Shown: positions 58,801 through 64,000 of the stretch, piece after piece
Layout of the letters: each line of letters opens with the position of its first letter
Position numbering within the stretch: the stretch's first letter is position 1
Source of the DNA: Trypanosoma brucei
Lineage: Eukaryota
Length of the DNA stretch: 64,000 nt
Assembly: GCA_000002445.1 (NCBI GenBank)
Contig: CM000207.1
Span: 2,368,001-2,432,000 of the forward strand
Reading direction: 5' to 3'
Made by a program: the position numbers and the translations under genes
The notes under the pieces: generated by a model
The model's database searches: none
Told to the model about the DNA's origin: nothing
Seen by the model: the letters and a program-made list of their open reading frames with translations, nothing else

Positions 58801-61800
58801 TTTCAAAACTTGTACAGGAGACATGTGATGCGTCAGAGCAATCGTGCTCAGCAGCACAGCCATCCAGGAAGCCTAAACGAAAGAGGGAAATGTTGGGAGG
58901 GTTTATGCTTCGTGATACTAGTAATGCGTGTTGTTGAGAACCTTTTCATATTAAAAGGAACACTACAAAAACTGAAAGCATTTACGAATGATGGGAAAGC
59001 ACATAGAGGCTATAAACGGCTAAAATGTACCAACCGTACTGAGTGGGTGGTGTGAAAATAAAAAAGTATATGTTGTAGAGAATGTCGATACCGGAAGGCT
59101 ACAAGAATGGAAGGAATAATAAATACAGAAAAAGAGACGCCATACTTTTCACTGAGCTATCTACAGGACATGGAAGGGATATTTCCAATGAGGAAGTTGG
59201 GAAGGTTTCAAACAAAAAAGGAGAAAACATATGAGTGATAATGTTAATGTAAGTAACGGAAGGAAGTGTTGCTTTGGAAAAAGACAGACAAATAACTAAA
59301 AGAGGATTGACTGGAGAAAATGATGCCAGGCGAAACACATAAAAAAATGAGTTCGGGAAGCATGGATATTTCGAACTTGGAACATAAAGACAAAAGAGCA
59401 GGAAAAGTTGTGGGAAATGGCATGTTATATATTTGCATCGTAGTCGCAAAAAACTGTTTGTTGTGTTGAATGAGTGGAGAAACTGAGGCACTCACGGCCG
59501 CTGAATAAGAAAATGGAGAAGGAAAGCCATGGAAAGTAATGAGGGAATAGCTTGAAAGGCACGCACACACAGACACACACACGTGATAGCGGGGTGTGGA
59601 AAAGCAAGGAGTGGAACAAAAGCCTTCATCGCTATTATGGCTAAGAAATACGACACCACCAGAATGCACTGCAGTGTTTAAAGGCAGACGAATTATTAAA
59701 GGGATCAGTATTATTGGCTGAAATACCTGTGGTATTAACCTTTGCGGTGCTTGAAGTGATGGCATGAAAAAGATTAGAGACCTCTCTTTGTTGTTAGGTC
59801 GGATGCATGGAAAAAAGAGAGTGCGTGGCTGCTCTAAGAATGTAACGTGCAAACTACAAGGCAGTAATAAAAGACCCCAAAGCAATTCCATGGCCAAAAG
59901 GACTTGATGGCGCCGTGGTTCAGACGAGAAATATCACACTACAGAATCCGACATTGCATGGGACGCAACTGCGTATCAACGCGGCAGTGATATAAGCTAT
60001 CAAAACAAAAAATTATGCAATCACGGAGGTTTTTCATAAAGTAGCGTTGTCTACTATGGAAAATGCAGTAACCACTGAAAAGGAGGAAACATGCTTCAAG
60101 GAGCAAAAAGTAGCAGTGATTGCTGTAACAACAAGATTGTGAGTGGAAATAAAACAAACAGGAAGCGAAACTACGACCCAAGGATATTTAGAGTAGTATC
60201 GACACTGCCAAAGCATCACTAATGAATGCATATTTACCGAATGCGAATATATATGTATATGTGAATATATACGTACATCAATATTCTACAAAAATAGTGC
60301 TTTGCAGCGTGTGAGACTTTCAAAACATTTTTTGTGGAACACTTAAGCATAATTGTGATTAATGGAAAATTGATCTATGGATACCTTCTTTTTGCTACAT
60401 GTATTTTGAATATGTTTGAGAGGAAAATGGTAACATCTCTGAGGTAAAATCTGGAACAATATAAAAGTGCTAAAGGAAATTTCTGGGTTTGACAGTAGCA
60501 ATATCATGAACTACAACAGTGGTTATAAGATCTGTAAGACGGAAGTACATGTTTGTGCCATTGTACGATTTTCTTGATATATGCATTGAAGTGATTTGAA
60601 TGAATAGGGGTGCAAGTCTCATGGAACATGCTCTTCATTCAACCAAGGCTTTTTAGGAATATGCAGCAAAAGTCGAAAAATGACTGACTTGACAACCAAA
60701 ATGGCTTCCCTATTCTATTAGTGAAAATTCGAATGAAACAGCACATAATGGAACTACATGAAAATTCAAAGGAAATGTGATATCAAATTCCTAACCCGCT
60801 GTATCAAAATTCTCACACACCTTTCATAAAGGTATTTTAACATACATGTTTGAATTGAAAACACTCGATAAAATAATTTATGTGATATGCATGTGAAATG
60901 TGTGATGAATTCTGCCCAATCGTGCTAATATCGCTATTATTGTTAAACCTCACCTTACCATTTGTTTCAGCAAAGGCAAGAAGGAAATACTAAATGATGA
61001 AATACTGTTAAACGGTGAGGGTACAGAGGAATATCTTTTCCGGAACAGAGAGTAACTATCTGAGAGGAGTTTAATGAACCGTGTACAATGATAGTGTCAG
61101 CACACCAAGTCTTGGAACAGCATAAGCAGGCTAGGATAACAAAAGGGGAAGAAGTGACATCTGGTGCTATACAGTAACTAGCTTCAGAGGCAAAAGGAAA
61201 AGCTGCTCAACCCTATGGAAGCAATGTAACCTCACAGCCGTAGCAGTAGCGTGACTAAGAAAGGAAATGTGAACTTAGAAAAAAACATATTGAACTCAAA
61301 GTGAAAAAGCAGAAGCAGTCAACCGCACAGAGGTATCAAAGGCATAACGTAGTTTGTTGGAAGGGGCGCCGAGCAAAATCAAGTTTTAGGCAGGTGATCC
61401 GGTATGGATGTATCACACTGCGCACGGATGCCACAAACCAAGAGACTTCGAAGATATGAAAGGGAAGATTAGAGACTTCGCGTCTATCAGGCGTGCTTGA
61501 GTTAGGGACCGTAGTGGAAAGCAAACACAAACTGCTTACCCGAAGAGGGACAGTAACATGAACAATCCGAAATGGGTTTCAAACTATCTGGCACAATTCC
61601 ATTTTGACTGGGTGTGAGAGAGAGTTCTTGGGACAGAGACAAACACGCGCGTTACTATAACCTTACAAATGACTCGAATACAGATATCAAATGCAATATT
61701 CTAAATGAACAATAAAAACAAGGCTCAAGAGGCAACAATGCATAAGATTCCGTTGAGTTACTTTACGTTAGCGTGAGGGTAGGAAAGAAAATGAAGAGAT

Positions 61801-64000
61801 TTTGTGAATCTGGAAAAGGAAATGTGAGAACGCAACCCTACAACAGCTTTTAAAATATCCCATGGACTAAAGCGTTGAATAGAATTGACGGGAAAATGAG
61901 CAACCTGACAGTGAGCACAAACAAGGGAAACTATGGCAAAGCTTACATAGTTAAGCTGTGGCATGTCAATTTAATTAAAACGTGCCAGAGTGAAGAGAGG
62001 ATGCCATTCAGAGTTATAAGAAAGCAAAGCCATGAAAGTGTAATTGACACGATTACTTTGTTACAATCCGATACAAATACGAGTAAAACACAAATAATAA
62101 TTATGGGAGCAAGCCAGGAGTTACCTGTGAAGGTGAAATTACTGCTGATTATAATAGTGCGAGTGGCTCTTGACACAAATGCGAAAACCGTAAGCACAGT
62201 TCAGCGTCCACGAGCTCAAACTGTGAAACAGGATGAAAGCTGGTCAACGGTGAGATTGTGAGGCCACATCGCGAGTCAGTCATCTAAAACAGTGTGAATT
62301 TCGTTCAAACATTACCCAGGTTATATTTGTTTCTGTTTGTAAACGTGTGATTAGGCACTAAACTTCAATTCTAGCAGTGTTTGAATTTGTAGTACATTTG
62401 ATATTTACCTCTTTTGTTGGAAAGCCAGTACGATTTTACGGTTTTGCCGATTGTTCAACGTAGTCTTGAAAGGGCTCAAAAGCACAACTACGTGACTTCT
62501 TAACATTTCATCAGAGATGCACTACACTACACTACACGGGTGAGCACATCGCCGTAACTCGGGGGCAGGTTTACTTTTTTGACTCAGCATCAAAAAGGTA
62601 GAACCTTGAATATGATGCAAGTGGACCTCAGGTGGGGACTATCTGGCGCAAGAAAACGCTAGCAGAACTCGGGTCTCTCCCTCACTTGAAGTAAAAATTG
62701 TGTTGCATTGCGGGCTCCGGTGACGATTGCTCACTCTTTATTCAGATTTTTGGGGTTACCAAGCATGTAAAGCTAAGGAAGTGCAGTTCTTTCTCTGTAG
62801 TTGTTGGGTGAGCGGTTATGTAAATGTGTATATCTTCACATTTTTATATTTCAATGTTGGCTTTTACGAATTTTTTTGTTTGCAATGCGTTGAAATTACA
62901 CGACAACGACGTGGCTCAGGGTGTTACATGTACTGATTTAATTTTTGACGCCATCTCAGTTAGTGAAAGGATACGATGGCGATCCGCAAAGGGAAGGAAA
63001 GAGACTTCCGGATTGCAGAGACGTACCAAAAATTGACAGGAATTTAGGTTGCTCAAAGGAAAATAATTATGGATACTAAGCGGTAAGAGACTTTGTGCTG
63101 GAGAGGCTTCTGGGGTTGGATTCTGTTTGAACAGAAACTGCACGCCATGACTGATAAGTGAGCTGGTTCCCCTGAGGCATAGACGGGTGAATAATGCTTT
63201 CCTCAGTTTTTTTGAGTGGGAATTCGTCGCTGTAAAAGAGTCACCTGGTGTGAAAAGGATTGATAGAGCGTATCCGAACATTTTAACTATTCCAATCTAA
63301 GGAACAAGAAGTGTGAAACATCTGGTGAGAGTAGAACGTCTTGTTACCTTAGCTCCCTTGGGCGGAACACAGATTTAGGGTCGTGTAAAAGAGGGACGAG
63401 AGGTGTGTCTTCCTATTGAAGTTGGAGGTCTCTAGCTGAAAAAAAGCCACTGATTCTAGTGACATGAATAGTCCAGACAATATCCCTAGGCGCGCGCACC
63501 TCACAGGCCGGCAGAATAGTAAAACTCAATTTTCACTACAATCCAGTTACCAAACTGTACATTTAATCTTACTCTTCCCACTGTAAAAACATATAAGTGT
63601 TATTCAACTCGGGTGCTGAATCCATACCAAAGCACATAGAGGTAACAAATAAAAGCCTCTATTTCTGTAAACTAATTCACACTTGCTTGCGAATGCACAC
63701 CTCTCCTTTAACATTCGTAAGACAGTATAGGGTTTTACTGAAGTCCTGGTTTACGCAAGATATTATATACGGTTGTTTACGCAGTCACCTCTACTGGTTT
63801 CTGGACAAGAATGTGACCAGCTGCAAAGCATGGCTCTCAATGGGAGTGATTTGCGAGTCATGTTAAAGAGCCATACTATGGAGACTCATACATGTGTATA
63901 TTATTGTTGGGGTGATTCACCAGCCCTTTTTACAAAATGTGTAATATTCTCTTGCATTTGGCAGTGAAGCATAAAAGCGTGCTGCTGTTGTACTGAATAT
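55818..64000 (+). repeat. Macro-repeat unit 3 (truncated by the window end; more diverged from units 1 and 2)
   Basis: Collinear with units 1 and 2 up to the window end. The 3' flank of the gene (59.1-60.2 kb) is noticeably more diverged. Confidence 0.85.
57284..58708 (+). CDS. Paralogue C of the 475-aa surface glycoprotein family (474 aa)
   Basis: Same conserved ends. The middle shares some blocks with A ('ALYGRT..AEEIREREERSRVCG', 'SKLERIKELSQEIESLIKGDTGRGRQQGRQKR') and others with B ('HRGRNSLQYHTAEE.K.KVMEVAD', 'THTNEKKRIVRKPISTGNNASKSYGG'). Confidence 0.8.
   Translation: MQGTMYWVVFLVAVLQGIHLVSGQDIVNQQEFEALCRMINWAERGLKHIKLAKQVTEEALSIGIRYLEVADADSAAQLGAAEHDACMDKREVREKNCGLYKTFWEESQRLLKEKHERSQAHHRGRNSLQYHTAEEIKSKVMEVADIFHEVKWELLELKVNNMEEQLNQALYGRTYSAEEIREREERSRVCGQSSRSEMIIGGQSLVMDLLCLCAMHSSWKEMRVCCADCTTGENGNTWNPGSNGAPRWKFLKQKCAGATTSYVSVRKTLRGAKQDFMDAVTEISANRRTNLYKLGEKQNKEIKDCGADKNSKEGICVFYRERDGVVFWMKALENVDNKMEVLLQDRTKKTSKLERIKELSQEIESLIKGDTGRGRQQGRQKRSVDTENSVPETPADPSDPTQSTTHTNEKKRIVRKPISTGNNASKSYGGDEVDSYDSKCDGENSACSDSPAKPTVKSSKSAINCPLGLILLLV

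Overview
This window reads as a chromosome-internal surface-antigen region of an African trypanosome (Trypanosoma brucei-like). Every credible gene is on the + strand, consistent with a single polycistronic unit. No intron, tRNA, rRNA or CRISPR signal was seen. Four blocks stand out:

(i) 1-25020: a head-to-tail array of 14 alanine-rich, signal-peptide plus GPI-signal genes of ~255-326 aa, spaced ~1.8 kb apart. I recognise these as the BARP (brucei alanine-rich protein) family; that identification is from memory and needs a BLAST check. The first copy is cut by the window edge. The array shows a hypervariable Cys-bracketed N-terminal patch, an invariant Ala-rich core, modular C-terminal linker indels, and one member with a replaced 3' end.

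(ii) 25447-26487: a divergent alanine-rich, GPI-type gene. It is followed by a receptor-type adenylate cyclase (GRESAG4 family) at 28157-31885. Beyond that lies a 4.2-kb gene-poor spacer carrying (TA)n, (AC)n and (TG)n microsatellites.

(iii) 36204-37439: a GPI-anchored protein carrying an ESAG6/7-PAG (transferrin-receptor-like) motif.

(iv) 38905-64000: three tandem ~8.45-kb macro-repeats. Each carries one ~475-aa secreted, GPI-type, Cys-containing surface-glycoprotein-like gene (VSG/ESAG-fold suspected). The three paralogues have identical ends and a patchwork-mosaic variable middle, embedded in ~7 kb of highly conserved non-coding sequence per unit. This is the most unusual structure in the window.
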